Positions 1-12,320 of a DNA stretch of 64,000 nucleotides are shown in pieces (position 1 is the first letter of the stretch; every line of letters starts with the position of its first letter). The stretch lies in NCBI GenBank assembly GCA_000934665.2, contig KZ538001.1:1-64000 (forward strand). The letters are read 5' to 3'. Made by a program: the position numbers and the translations under genes. Origin of the DNA: Catajapyx aquilonaris. Taxonomy: Eukaryota. A model generated the notes under the pieces. It was given only the letters and a program-made list of their open reading frames with translations. It searched no databases and had not been told where the DNA came from.

Positions 1-312
1 GGGGGGGGTTGCTTTCAACATTCTTTTGCATTCAAACGCGGAGTATATATGCATAATCACACGACAGATATGTAGTCTATAGGTATATGAACACCTGCAA
101 TTAATGAACGGCAATTAACTGATTACCTGTGGGAAAGAGGGGCTTGCTGTTAATTACTAATTTACTAACCATACACTGAACAGGACAAAAATTAACGCAC
201 TGCTCCTTTGTAATGTGGACTAGATTGGTAACACAATTCCAGTAATAGGGCACATACCCATCTTCTGTACAGTATTTCTGCCTTGCTGCCTTTGTTCCCG
301 CAGTCTGATGGT

Positions 313-352
313 TATTTATTTATTTATTTATTTATATTGTTGTTGTTGTTGT
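313..352. repeat. Compound microsatellite (TTTA)n(TTG)n
   Basis: Direct reading of the sequence. Confidence 0.9.
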
Positions 353-1299
353 TATGATTATTAGCTCGTCACTGTATACGGAGGTTAGTCCACGGGCTGG
401 GCTGGGATATACCGAGCGCTGTTTATTGCTTCTTGTGCCACCCATTTGTGGCTTTTAACGAATAATAATAACCATAATCCACTTTTAATCACTGGAAAAA
501 GCAACAATTACACACAAATTACACAAAGTGATCACGTTTATGCATGTTAAAAAGAAGGGGTATGAAGATAGCAGAACCACTCTACCCATAATGCGACAAC
601 ATTACACATTATCTGGTGGCAGTATTTGCTACACAAATGATGTGTATCTCCTCTACACCCAGATTTGTACACATAAAGTGTACGAATAATTTCAGTACAA
701 TGTTGCGTTGGCAGCGTACACAAAATAATGTGTGTTGTCCTTGCAATACACAATTCTCGGTATTTCTCGACGCTACAACCAAAGTGGAAGACTCTTTTGG
801 AGCAGTGGATCACGCACAAGTATTAATGACCTTTTAACTTTATAGCCTTCAACTGTTATATGTGTAAGCAGTTATAAAGTAAAAGTACAGTTCCGTTATC
901 ACAAGTAACAACAAACGTTTTCCCTCTTGTCAGTTGCTGTTATTTTCATGAGCAATTATACCAACGAACTGATGACTACTGAAATTAAAGGATATTGATC
1001 GCCTTCTATCTGATTGACTCAGTTTATACGCGCTCATCGTCATGCAAGTGCAATTTAATAGAGAGCACTATATGGCAGTATACAATATTACTCATTCTGC
1101 TTAATTGATCATTGCCAAGCATAACATTCCTTGTGGCCAAATACATTAACTACTGTGGAATATTGTGCAATATATTACTGTTGCAGTCTAGCACGCTCTA
1201 TAGCAGGCAATACCATTGCATAATTGTACTTCTGACATTGTCGAGATACTGCTGTGTTATGTAGTACCAGTTAGTGATATCCGTGATCCACTTTGTGTT

Positions 1300-1383
1300 A
1301 TGATGATGATGATGGATGATGATGATCATGATCATGATGATCATGATGATGATGATAACAACAACAACAACAACAACAACAAC
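1300..1383. repeat. Compound microsatellite (GAT/CAT)n(AAC)n
   Basis: Direct reading of the sequence. Confidence 0.9.
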
Positions 1384-1981
1384 CCTTGATCATGTGTCAC
1401 AAAGTAACATAATGTGTTATCATTAGCCCGTTTTGGGTAGACCTGACCGTATTCTGCAGCAAAATTAATATGCATATTGCATCAATGTTCCGCAGCACAA
1501 GATCACCTTTACTAATATTACTCGCATATACAAAGTAAACATTACAATAATGGTTCTTAGGCTACGTACCTTGATGTGGTTACTCGAGTTACTTTAAGCG
1601 ATCATTGAAAAGGCAACTCGTAAGAACTAGGTCAATCCACAAATACAATTGGGCTGAAAGCGAAGAAAGGAACTCTTCTGGAAAGCATTAAGTGCGGTAT
1701 ATCACAAATGTATTTTTTATATATAAAGTGTACCACTGTGTCTTATGAGAGTGTTATAGGTTGGCTACTTGTTGCACCTAAATGTGACATAACATAACCA
1801 TTACCGCAATGAAAGCTTTATGCGACTAACCTAGGCTCAAATGATAAAAAATATACTTCTTTGACACTTTATGAGTTATTTTTAAAACACAGTAATGCAG
1901 TACTAAATATTATTCTCTAATGTAATATCATATCCGTTTATTTGCGATTTACGTAATATCAATTATTTTTCATATTAAATA

Positions 1982-2923
1982 CAGGGTGATCGAAAAAGAA
2001 TGCGCGGATTTCAAAGCCCTATAACTTGAAAACTTGTACACATATCTAAATGTCGTAAGCTTTGAAATGCTAAGACAGGTCTAAAGTTTTGGTCTCACCT
2101 TCTGAACATGTCTGAAGTCACTGTTGCAATCCTTTCTCGTAGGTGCTGGAGATGACGGATCTTTTCACCGTACATGTATCTCCACAAAAAAATCCATCGG
2201 GGTCATATCTGCTGGGCTTCTGGGGGGCTAGGCATTGGGAAACTTCCCATTCGAGACTTCGCACACTGGGAGGCTACACAAATGAAACGTTCCTACGCCA
2301 GGTTTGTTTCATGAATGAGGCGACCTTTTATGTGAATCATCAAAGACAATGTGTGTGGTGTAAAGACCCGTCATATCCAGTACTTATGAGATAGGATCGC
2401 AATGGTAAAGGTATGATTGAGTGGGTTTGGCACGAGACCCAGAATATCGCCTTTTAAAATCCTACGAGCGGGGCTGCATGGTGGTCTAGTGGTTACGCCG
2501 CTGTGGCCAGCCAAGCGGGAGGCCGGGGTTCAAATCCCGTCCCCGTCGTCACCTCTGCTTGGCCGGGTCTTTTTCCGCTTTTCACCCGACATGCCGGAGC
2601 AGAATTCCACTCCTTCTCTGCTCGGGGCCAGGAGAAAAGGCCTGGTGTTAAAGAATGTCAAAAATGGCTATCGCCTCCCTTGGGAACTTTCCCTTCCCCC
2701 CTAAGAGGGCCTCGAGCTCTATCACGGGGTAACCAAAATAATAAAAATAAGAATTTTAAAAAATCTGCCGAGCGAAAAATGAAGATCTCATATCGAAACA
2801 ACCTAGGGTGAGACCAATCTTTAGACCTTTCTTAGCATTTAAAAATTTAAATCATTAAGATATATCTATAAGTTTTTGAGTAATAAGGTTTCAAAATCCC
2901 CGCATTCTTTTTCGATCACCCTG
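1982..2923. mobile_element. Non-autonomous Tc1/mariner-superfamily element with ~118-bp imperfect TIRs and transposase remnants
   Basis: TA|CAGGGTGATCGAAAAAGAATGCG...CGCATTCTTTTTCGATCACCCTG|TA, with TIR similarity extending to GGTCTCACC. Internal remnants read PPRS-PADMTPMDFF-WRYM (- strand, ~2165-2235) and FLRQVCFMNEATFYVN..CVW (+ strand, ~2290-2360), resembling the maT/mariner-type motifs WPPRSPDLTPMDFFLW and FSDEATF. Confidence 0.9.
2471..2753 (+). mobile_element. tRNA-derived SINE nested in the mariner-type element
   Basis: A box TGGTCTAGTGG, B box GGTTCAAATCC, A-rich tail. Degenerate TSD: TTTTAAAATCCTACGAGCG (2452-2470) and TTTTAAAAAATCTGCCGAGCG (2754-2774). Confidence 0.85.
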
Positions 2924-3218
2924 TATATTACACCATTAGTGTTATGCAAATAATTATCATCTAATTTCGATCATGTTCGTTTAAAAATTCTATACAATAC
3001 ATGTTTCCATGCATTTATGAGCCAGCATAATGTATTAGCAAATGCAGAGTATGTGACATCATACCCACATCTTATTTGTTGGGCAGATCAGCAGCCCTGC
3101 CCATGGGAGTAACAATGCAGTCTGAGTATTGGAAACAATGTCGGACTACGACGGGTGGTAACCGAGGCCAAACGCTATAAAATAATGTTATTCCGTTGCA
3201 GTGAAACGTGGCATATGT

Positions 3219-3258
3219 GGGTGGTTGGGGGAGGGGGAGGGGGTGGGGGTGGGGGTGA
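3219..3258 (+). other. G-rich tract with G-quadruplex potential
   Basis: At least five runs of 4 or more G separated by 1-nt loops. Confidence 0.6.
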
Positions 3259-4227
3259 AATCCTGTTTCCTAAAAGTTAGTCTTCCGCAGGCAGACTGGG
3301 GGATTACGAGATCCGCGTGTTGGTGGATTAGTTCAATATGTTCAAGTAGCTATTTCCAGGCCTCAACTCCGAAATGAATGTGCTTTGCATAATGATGAAC
3401 TTTATGGCGCACCGAAAGAGAGGTTACAGGCCTCGGTTCCATTTTTTCTCTCCCCCCTCCCCCCTCCCCCACTTTTTCCTGCGCTAAGCCTAAGCAGAGT
3501 GAGGTTAATCCCAATCCTCCCAGACCTTCTATAACACGACCGCATTTTTGTCTTTTTTTTTGTGAAAAATTTTTTTGGAGCAAAAAAGTGTTTTTCGATG
3601 GAAACCATTTTGAGCTAACTCAGTAAACGCTCTCCGTATGAGTGCATCCAGAATAGTAATTCACTAAGGAGTGTTAATTGGTATCCAGGGAAGGAGGCGG
3701 TGGGGAGTTGGAAGTGGGGGATGGCGGGGGGAGGAGGACCTAAAAGGCAGGTAATTACGTGTGGATAAAAACCTCGCGCTGCAAATTATCTCGGATGGTG
3801 TTATCTCACTTTCAATAGGGTGGAGTACAGTACATCTTTAAGGCCTTCTAGCCCCCATTGAAATGCATTACACCATTGCTGCCAATAAATTACCTGACTT
3901 AAATTAAGCTTTAATGAGAACTAACGACCTAGACACAAAGGGGAAAAATGGGGAGTGAGGGAAACCGTCGAAAAAAGTCTCATGTAATCAGAGTCAGCCT
4001 TCTGTGCAAGTCTACTTCTGTGGGGAAGGATTATTCGGACATAATGGTGGTCATGACATACGAGGAATTTTCAGTTCGGCAATTTGAATAAATTTGATCT
4101 AACATGTACTTATAATAAATGTTATCCCATATCAATCATAATTAGGCTGTAATAATGTAATCGCTTCAAATTTTATAGCAGTAGTGACTGATCATTTTGT
4201 TATCTAGATACTTCATCATGGTGTATA

Positions 4228-4250
4228 CAGGGTGATCCAAAATAGCGATT
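4228..4250. mobile_element. Orphan Tc1/mariner-type TIR, possibly the left end of an older host element
   Basis: TA|CAGGGTGATCCAAAATA. A possible degenerate partner TATTTTGGATAAC lies at ~5129-5141. Confidence 0.45.
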
Positions 4251-4460
4251 GCTGTTGCAATTTTTTGCACTAAGCTGCTTATTATGGAGTTACTTGTAAT
4301 AGTCATCAAAAGTATCAGCTGCTAATATTAAGCCGAATTCGATCATATTTCCAAGCTCTAAACTGCAGTAAATTTCCTGATGCAAAATTCCCAATTGGAA
4401 CGTGAATGGTATTAAATCTTTTTTGCAGGCTTTATAAAGGATGGGTACACACCATCTTTA

Positions 4461-4818
4461 TAGGGTGTTCCAAATTCGTGGGTCTTTTTAAATCACTTTT
4501 TATAACTGATATCGTCCGATAGTGGTTATTTTTTTTTTAGACCGAAGCAGGTTGGTGTCGTGGATATGGTGTCCGACTGCTAATCGGGAGGTCCTGGGTT
4601 CAAATCCCGGGGTCTGCGACCCTGACCATGGTTTTCTGTGGTTTCCCACGGTCCTCCCAAGATAATTCTGGGGTCGTTTCCGTAAAAATAGGCCACAGCC
4701 GCTTCCTTCCGACGCTTCCGTCCCTATCCTATCCCCAAAAGCAAAGAGTTCCAGTCAAAACAAAATTGGGATGAACTCCTCCCCCCCTAAAGAGCCGCTG
4801 GCTGATAATGGGGTATGA

Positions 4819-4881
<63 letters not shown>

Positions 4882-5115
4882 GTTATTATAGCTATTATAG
4901 TTATTATAGTTATTTTTTGTAGCTTGTGCCCCTAAGCAGGTGCCCCATTCATTATATATCAACTGCTACATTCGACCCCCCCCCCCAGGGAGTCGAATAT
5001 AGCAGTTGATAGAGAATGGGACACCTGGTTCCTGGTTAGGTGCACAAGCTACAAAAATAACTACTATCCAACGATATCAGTTATAAAAAACGACCCACGA
5101 ATTTGGAACACCCTG
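4461..5115. mobile_element. Palindromic MITE (CAGGGTG termini, TA TSD) interrupted by a SINE
   Basis: TA|(T)AGGGTGTTCCAAATTCGTGGGTC...GACCCACGAATTTGGAACACCCTG|TA. With 4541-4907 removed, the two arms are complementary up to a C-run centre at ~4980. Confidence 0.9.
4541..4907 (+). mobile_element. tRNA-derived SINE (ACCGAAGCA head) with (ATT)n tail
   Basis: A box TGGTGTCGTGG, B box GGTTCAAATCC, body GGTTTTCTGTGGTTT...AAATAGGCCACAGCCGCTTCCTTCC, long (ATT)n tail. Duplicated GTTATTTTTT(G)TAG target site. A second copy lies at 21748-22137. Confidence 0.9.
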
Positions 5116-5747
5116 TATTAGTAGCTAATATTTTGGATAACTACTAAAAGTAAACTAAGCAAGAGTAACTGTTTAATAATGAGCTTAGTGCGCAAAAATC
5201 CCAACCGAAATTGCGGAAAAAGGATGTTCTCTTAATAATTTCCAAAAAGGTGTTAAATTATTCCCATAGTTCTATCAAATTTTTTAAACATTTAAACATT
5301 TTTGTAAAAAATTACAAAAGCTATAGGTGTAGTAATCATTATGTTTATATTGTTACTGGGCGTAACACGGTTGTTTACATCAGCAGGTTTTTGTATATTA
5401 TGCAACGTTCAAATGAGGTCATAAATTGCCTTGTGATCGGACGCCGGGATCAAATAAGGAGTGCTCTTTCTCAAGGACGAACTGATATGAGAAGACCCGT
5501 GTTTACATTTTCCGAATGTCACTTATAGGTTTGTGCAAATAAACATGCACGCAAATAAACAAACAGCCTCAGGACCCCTACCTTGTATTATTATATAAAT
5601 ATTATGAAGCGGGAAAATAACACGAGTCAGCAACTGAGAATTATTAGAGGTTTTAAATTATACTCGTATATTGAATAATTTGTCTGTTACTTTGTCGGTC
5701 AAAAACTTTGTCATACACAGTACCGGTACTGAGAAATTCACATATAT

Positions 5748-5877
5748 GGCCGGTTTCACCAAGCCCGGTTTTAATTTAAAAAAAAAAGCAGTTCTCTCGG
5801 AAAATCCATATTCTATTTGCAGGGATTTTCCGAAAGAACCGGGGTTTTTATGAAAACCGGGCTTGGTGAAACCGGCC
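5748..5877. mobile_element. 130-bp MITE with 25-bp perfect TIRs (possibly PIF/Harbinger-related)
   Basis: GGCCGGTTTCACCAAGCCCGGTTTT...AAAACCGGGCTTGGTGAAACCGGCC, with inner arms also partly complementary (GTTCTCTCGGAAAATCC/GGATTTTCCGAAAGAAC). The superfamily is inferred from the termini only. Confidence 0.8.
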
Positions 5878-6008
5878 AATATAGCCGACACATTTTATGC
5901 TCTAGGTTTAGGGCTTCCTAAAATTTGCCACGTAAATTTTGAAATGAGCTTTGTGGTTGAATATAGTGTAAGGCCCTGCATATGTATAAAATAATTCATG
6001 TAAAACTT

Positions 6009-6150
6009 ACCGAAGCAAACTGGTCTAGTGGTTATGAGTTGAGGGTGCCGTTCGAGAGATCCCGGGTTCGGATCCCGGTGCTGGTCTGTGTATGTATTTG
6101 AGGATAGCCACTGCCGCTTTCATTCATTAGCTATCGGTGTCGCATACGGA
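6009..6150 (+). mobile_element. tRNA-derived SINE head or truncated SINE
   Basis: Same ACCGAAGCA start, A box TGGTCTAGTGG, B box GGTTCGGATCCC. The 3' boundary is uncertain. Confidence 0.7.
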
Positions 6151-6489
6151 ATTCTTTGCGTTGCTTAGGTCTTCGAATCATAATAGGCGGTTGTCAGGTA
6201 CATTCCAGTGGTCTCCATCTTTTTCCCGGCTATGGGTACATTTTCCTCATTAAAATTTCGGTTCCGGCCAACTGTCAACAAGACCGTCGGGACAGAGTGT
6301 CATATGAATGCAAATCACGCCCGACATTTTCTACATTTCAACCAAATGACAAATGACTTCCTTCCTAATTACAAGCCCATCCGGAGCGTTGCTTGACCAC
6401 TCCTGGCCAGGCATTTGATTGCAAGGCGACAGGTGCAGCAGTGGGCCATGTGCCGTTCCTCCACCTCTTGTAGTCTGTTGGGTTGAGGG

Positions 6490-6620
6490 GTAAGGCCACA
6501 GGGCGCCGCTGCAGTCGTCTTCTTCCCTGTCCGCCCCCCCTCCCCCGCCTCTTTTTCTGTCGGCCCGGCCTCAGTCGGAGTGAGCGCCCCGTGGCGTCGG
6601 CTGGTGCGATTTGGATCTCC
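6490..6620 (+). promoter_or_regulatory. Candidate TATA-less GC-rich promoter with Inr
   Basis: Locally GC/CpG-rich, with a CCGCCC box at ~6531 and an initiator match TCAGTC at 6571-6576, ~170 nt upstream of the ATG at 6742. Confidence 0.5.
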
Positions 6621-6741
6621 CCATCGTCTGCTGCAGCCTGCCGCCTCTACCCGTCATCCGACTGCCCTTCTGCCCCCTGGCTGGACATAGTGTTTGACCT
6701 GTGCTTGTCCTTTCCCCTATGGTCGTGTGAGGCCAGAAAAA

Positions 6742-6811
6742 ATGCGCCTGTGGATTATTACCCGGGACTTTCCGGTGGTGCTGCTGCTCACATGTCTTCT
6801 GCTACTCAAAG
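6742..6811 (+). CDS. Coding exon 1 of a secreted or cell-surface protein (signal peptide)
   Basis: AAAAATG context; MRLWIITRDFPVVLLLTCLLLLK has a basic n-region and hydrophobic h-region; strong phase-1 donor AAG|GTAGGT at 6812. Confidence 0.75.
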
Positions 6812-9529
6812 GTAGGTTTGTGCCCAGTTTTATCGGGTGTGACAATGTGCGGGATCAAATGGAACAATACTTTTCTTCAGTTGTTGGTAGGTTATATGCG
6901 TCCTAGTTGACGCTTTACCGGCATATTTGAAATAGTTGCTTTGAATAGAGGTGGGGGGAGGTCGGGCTTTCAACTCTTCAAATGTAGCTGCAATTTTCTT
7001 CCGGCCCATTTAACGGTTTAATTTTGGGTCAACGCGAATGGGTTAATTTGCTTCCAGTTGCCTTGGCCCGGCGCAACCCAACAGCCACAGCGGTTATTTT
7101 GATTAAAAATGGCTGATGGAGGGGGAGGCCCTGGCCCGCCATTTGCAATCGGAATAACGCGCGTTATCAAACTTGGTAAAAGCATTCAGCAAATGAGGCC
7201 TCTTGTTATGAGAGTGGCGTTTGCAACAGTAGGCAGTGCTAACGAGGCGTATGCAACGACCCTTTTAATTAACGGTATTTTTTTTTTTTTTTAAAGGATA
7301 TAGATTCCGTCAAGATGGCTCACTTTTTTTTGGCCATAATGTTGCTTAGTTGAGACGTGCGAGCTGGTAATGGCCTGGACCTGTCCCGTGTGTGAAGGCT
7401 TGTTTTTGTGGCTGAGCCATCATCCATCCTGCCCATCCATCCAGGCCTGCACTTTTTGGCATCTCGTTATAGGAGACAGTGCGGGGCCCGGTGTTTCCCT
7501 TGTTTGTTGTCAACAGAGGGACGGCGCCAACCGAGCAAGCTTGCGAAGGTCAATGCATTATGCATTCAAGGGCCATTAGCCCGATTTTGGAGGGGGGTCG
7601 GCAGGGAAGGAGTCATCATCAAAGTGCAGTAGATGCTGGGCTCAATAATATTAACAATACTTCCAAAACATTTGAACCTGACGCGGTTTTGCTCAATTGC
7701 TGTCGGATCCAGGCTTGGTGACTTTGACCAAGTTTTAGTAGTGGAAATTCCTGGGTCTTTTGTTTTTTGTTTTTTTTTTAAAAATTTCGGAGCTTCAAGG
7801 GCGCAAATATGCAGTCTACAATTTCCGTACGAGTTGAAAGAGGAAGAAGGAAAAAAAGTGGGCAGCCAAGCATGAGACAGGGAATACAGAACACAATGCA
7901 GGAGGAGCTAGTACCGTAGTTAAAACTCACTGACAGATTCAGCACGTTAATTATCTGGGCTGTGAGTCATCGAACTTTTCCTTTTGCAATTAATAATGGA
8001 GGGGGCTGGATTGTCCGCTCTAGGTGTGGAAGCAGAAAACGGGTTCAGCTGCTCCAATTGCACAGCTCAGCCGTACAGGAATTTGTTCTCAATGTCATGC
8101 AGATTCGTGGTAATTACAGGGCCACCTCTCAAGTCGGTTGCGGCCATAGTTTATGAGGGGTGTCGGGGAATTTACCAGCTTTCAATCGCACCCTGCCTGT
8201 AGGTGTCATCCTAATATTTATGGACAGTCGACGCCCTGCATAAATTATCGCGCTATTTTTTATGGAAAATACTGTACTATTGTGATCACATTGGGGACAT
8301 ATTTTTTGCTGTAGTAAAGGATTTGGCTGGCAGGTAGATGTATTTCAAAGGCTGAGTCGCTTCATAGTCTTTCCCATGGGGCGTTTTGGGACACCTTGAC
8401 TCCGCACAAAAAGTATGTCTAGCGAAGCTGGGTATATGACTGGCCCCCAGCAGATTCACAAGAGATGGAAAAGCGCAGGTAGATAAATCTTTCAAGTAGA
8501 GAGCAATATTCCTTTGACGACGATCATGCGTGACCGAAATGACATGTGGCCTTGTTCAAAAATCTTGTGTCTGAGCCAATAGTGGTTATGTTCATAGGTG
8601 GTCTGAATGAAATCTGGCGTCATCTTAGGGCGATTTAGACGTAAGACAGGTACAGTAGGGCTGATGAGGGCGATAATTTTTAAAAATTTCTTTGAAAAGC
8701 GGGGGCTTCACACGAGCGTGAATACTGGTTGTAGACCAAACAGGCCAGCAGCCGACCATGGCAAGTGTGGTTTCACAGTCATGCGCCCTGCTTCTACGAG
8801 TCATGTATTAGTAGGTATACACGTGTTTGCCCCTGCGTATACATGTGTAATTCCAGTAGTGTAGCACTGCAAGCAATACGTTGTCTCTCCCAGGCCGTCA
8901 AAGGACCTTGTCGCAGCAGCAACCCTATGTTGTTTGCTGGTATTTGCATCACGTAGTATGTAGCCTGCCGGTGCCTGAGTGAGCAGTGCCTTGGGGACAC
9001 ATATTTGGCAGTGGGGAAGCTTGTTATCACCTGTGGTGCGAATGGAAATGCGTAATGATGGGCGCACACTGCATGTACGCTACATTGAGGCTCCAAAATG
9101 GCGGTATGCCACAAACAGCTGTGAAAATCCCCCTGCATAAAGGGGAACATGGTTAGGGGACGCGTGTTTACACACACTTTGCAACTTACACGTTGTGTGT
9201 ACCACAATGCAGCACTCGCAATATGCTGGGCCTCATTGTTTCGCACCATCTCCGCCTACGTGATCGCATGTAATATTAGAGGCGTTGTGAGACAGCAGGG
9301 GATGAAGAAGGGCATCATTTAGCAGCCGGATGATCATCTCGGTTGCTGTCATCCACCGGGATACCTGATGGTCCAATTTAACGGCCAAGGGCACGGATGA
9401 CCCCGCCTCATTTCCGCTCCCAATGGGCCGCGCCCGAGTATAGTTGAGATCAGCTTACTTGAGTAGAGTTCCAGTAGGTAGGTGTCTTTCTAACGACACG
9501 TTTCCTTGCTTTCTTTGGACAGTTCAATA

Positions 9530-9790
9530 TGCAGACAGTGACTCCACCTCCCTAATGAGGACTGTTGCACAAGCAGCAGGCCTCATTGTCACAAAGGAAT
9601 AATGATGAGACTTACTCGAGTGGAAATTGATGTAGTGCTGCCTCCTGCATGCATTTGTCTTGGCAAAGGTTTTGAGATATGAGATACATATAGCGTTTGT
9701 AGGAAGCCATCTAGAAACCCTTGTCTCGCCGAATGGGCAAAATATTGGGGGTGGCTCTTGCGCGATGGGATATCCCCGGTCTGTACAGTG
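9530..9790 (-). mobile_element. Decayed Penelope-like RT C-terminal fragment
   Basis: LKTFAKTNACRRQHYINFHSSKSHHYSFVTM resembles the PLE motif VYRKPTHTxxYLNFxSxHP. Confidence 0.45.
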
Positions 9791-12079
9791 CACTACATTT
9801 CAACTGTCGCTTTTTTTTGTACCTACGAAGGGAAGGAAACGGGTCTATTGTTATACTGGAGGAACAAGGACTTGACAAATTTAGCCTGTTAATTGGCGCT
9901 AACTATTGCCGGCCAGTTTGTTCAACCATGTCGCTTTCAGTTTGACCCAACATTTGACATGCTTTGTAACAATTCAGGAGGCCAATCTAAACTGGATGAC
10001 ATTTCATATGTGTAATTGTGCAGTGGACACGTTACATGAAAGCTGTTTTGACAAATACGCAACATCCGCTCTGACAGGCAGGGTATACGCAACAGAAACG
10101 GGGGCATCGTGTCATAGTGTAAAAGCCTTAGAGTGAAAAATGAGAAGCCAATCTGCTTGCACGATTCTCTCCGAATCAATGAACGTTGATGCGATGGTAA
10201 TGACGTGGCATCATGTAGGGTGTAATTGGCGCTGTCAGCTGGCCCTCTGAAGGCGTGTTTATCGCCTACACTGTCATGTCGCATTATACATACTGCTGCC
10301 CTTCCTCGTCTTCCTCGCCCACCCAATAATAAGAAATAGAGCGCAGATTTCCCCCGAGGATTCAGATGATCAGACTACCTTCTGGTAAGAAAAATAATGA
10401 AAAGCCAAGACGAAGATTGGGTCTCGGTTGTCACCACTTGGGGCATCAGCTATTTGCCTACTTGTCAAAAAAGAAGGTGTTCCGTTGCACCAGAATAGCC
10501 AGGGGTAATCAATACGTATCAGGAAAAGGGGATTGCATCGCTGATGGACAGAGGGGATCAAGTAGGCGAAATCCAGTTGGAAATGTCGCCCTCTGATTCA
10601 CGGGAGCTTGTTTTGAAATACCGCGTCAGCTAAGTGATTGGATCAGAAGTTTGGTCCAATATTGTGTAATATGATCAGTCGATTGAATCTTCGCCTCCGG
10701 GTGAGGTGTCCCGTGGGAAATTGTTTTGACATGGCAGGGCGGTGCTCCCCCTTTTCCTTTCCCTCCAATCCTGGGCCGTCATTTTTAATGCATAGATCGC
10801 ACTAGGAATGACCCAGCCAAAAAAAAAAAGCTTAAGCAAATAGATGGAAATAGGTACATTTTTATTTCACTACTGGTTTATTGTACATTCCAACCGTGGC
10901 TTCAGGCACGTTCTGGCCACTTTTGTAAACGTTCAGCCGCATAATAGAAGGCACGGATATATTTTTTTGTTGCAAAGAAGTGAACCCTTGAAATGGTCGA
11001 ATTGTACCTCGGTGACACCCCAAGCCAGTGGTTTGGGGATTGTAGTTGAACCTGGAAAATCGCCTACTCTGCGCACGAGGGGAAAACGGGGGAGGATCCA
11101 TCGGTTTAGCTTAGCCGTAAGTAGTGTACCCTTGACACCTCTTGAGCTGTAATGAAAGCGGAATGAGTTTGTGGCGGCAAGCAGTGATGGAGGAAGCGGC
11201 TTCCTTCTTTTTTTCCACAAGAAGTGGGCCGAACATTGCTTTGCGAATGGGCCAAATCTGGTAATAACGCCCGGGAGTGGCAAGCCCACAAAAAGTGGAG
11301 GAAAAGGGAAAGGAAGAAAAAAAAAAAATTGGAGAGCAAGTAGAGGCCAGCAGGTGGCTTTCCATCGGGACCATTTCCGGACAGGATTATTATGACCACA
11401 TGTCTTCGATCCATAGTCATGTCACATCGGCACGCAGCCAGCCTCTATCAAAATGACCTCAGGTTGCTCCCCATAAAAATTTTTAGGCCACATGTTCCTC
11501 AGGCGGCAACAATTTTTAAAAATAAAATTTCCGGGTGTGTATGCGCAGATCACAATGGACCCATTTTTAATGTGTTAATGCTGATATGGATCTATTGCAG
11601 GAATTTTCATGATGGCTGCACCACTTGAACTATGGAGGATTATAGTGTTTGCAGGATGTTTGGGTGACACGCTGGGGCGAATCGATGTTTTTGTGCTGAT
11701 ATAATTTAGAATGTGATTGTTTGAATTTCAATATTTGCATACACAATCGAGCGTTATCAACGCATGCGAGGTGCGAAAATTTTAGCCATATGCACAATGG
11801 TGGACCATAGTTAAATAGCGTATCCTGGAGCGGGGTTATAGAACCCATAACAGTAACCTATCTCAAAATATACTTTTGTCAGGGATATATTGCATCAATT
11901 AATCCGAGTTTGGTGAAGAATATATCGCTGTTCTGCTTAACAGGGCATCTAAATACTAGGATATGTATTATTAAATTAATTTTGATTAACGTCTTCATCC
12001 ACCTACCAATTATTGTTACTTCAGCACCCTCGCATGAAATTCTGCATTTTCTGCGCTACTTTTAGTGCAGTAAATTACC

Positions 12080-12320
12080 TTCGCGTGGTATATTACCACA
12101 TATAGTGTGCAGCGCAATTAAAGTCTACCGGACCTCTCTCTAAAATGGAACAGTACTCTTTATGTTTCTGCGGTGTCGCATAATAATTTGCCTAGACTTT
12201 TCAAAGGCCATATTAGCTATTCTACAATAAAAGTGTTGCCTGCAGTTCAGGATAAACCTGATTGTACGCTGCACCAGATGCAAACTAAATTAGAGCCTGA
12301 ATATGGCAGGGATGGTTGTT
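12080..12320 (+). mobile_element. Decayed Penelope-like GIY-YIG fragment
   Basis: RVVYYHI*C at ~12083, then GHISYSTIKVL...KLEPEYGRDG, resembling the endonuclease C-terminus KLKPxLNRDxG. Confidence 0.4.

Noticed and set aside
960..1010. Hammerhead-like CTGATGA-CTACT-GAAA
   Set aside because: No stem II or stem I pairing and no adjacent PLE remnant.
4541..4625. tRNA genes here and at 2471, 6009, 22060 and 33217
   Set aside because: They have A/B boxes but no proper acceptor stem, and most run on into SINE bodies with tails or TSDs.
4729..4962. Poly-Asn ORF
   Set aside because: Antisense translation of the SINE (ATT)n tail.
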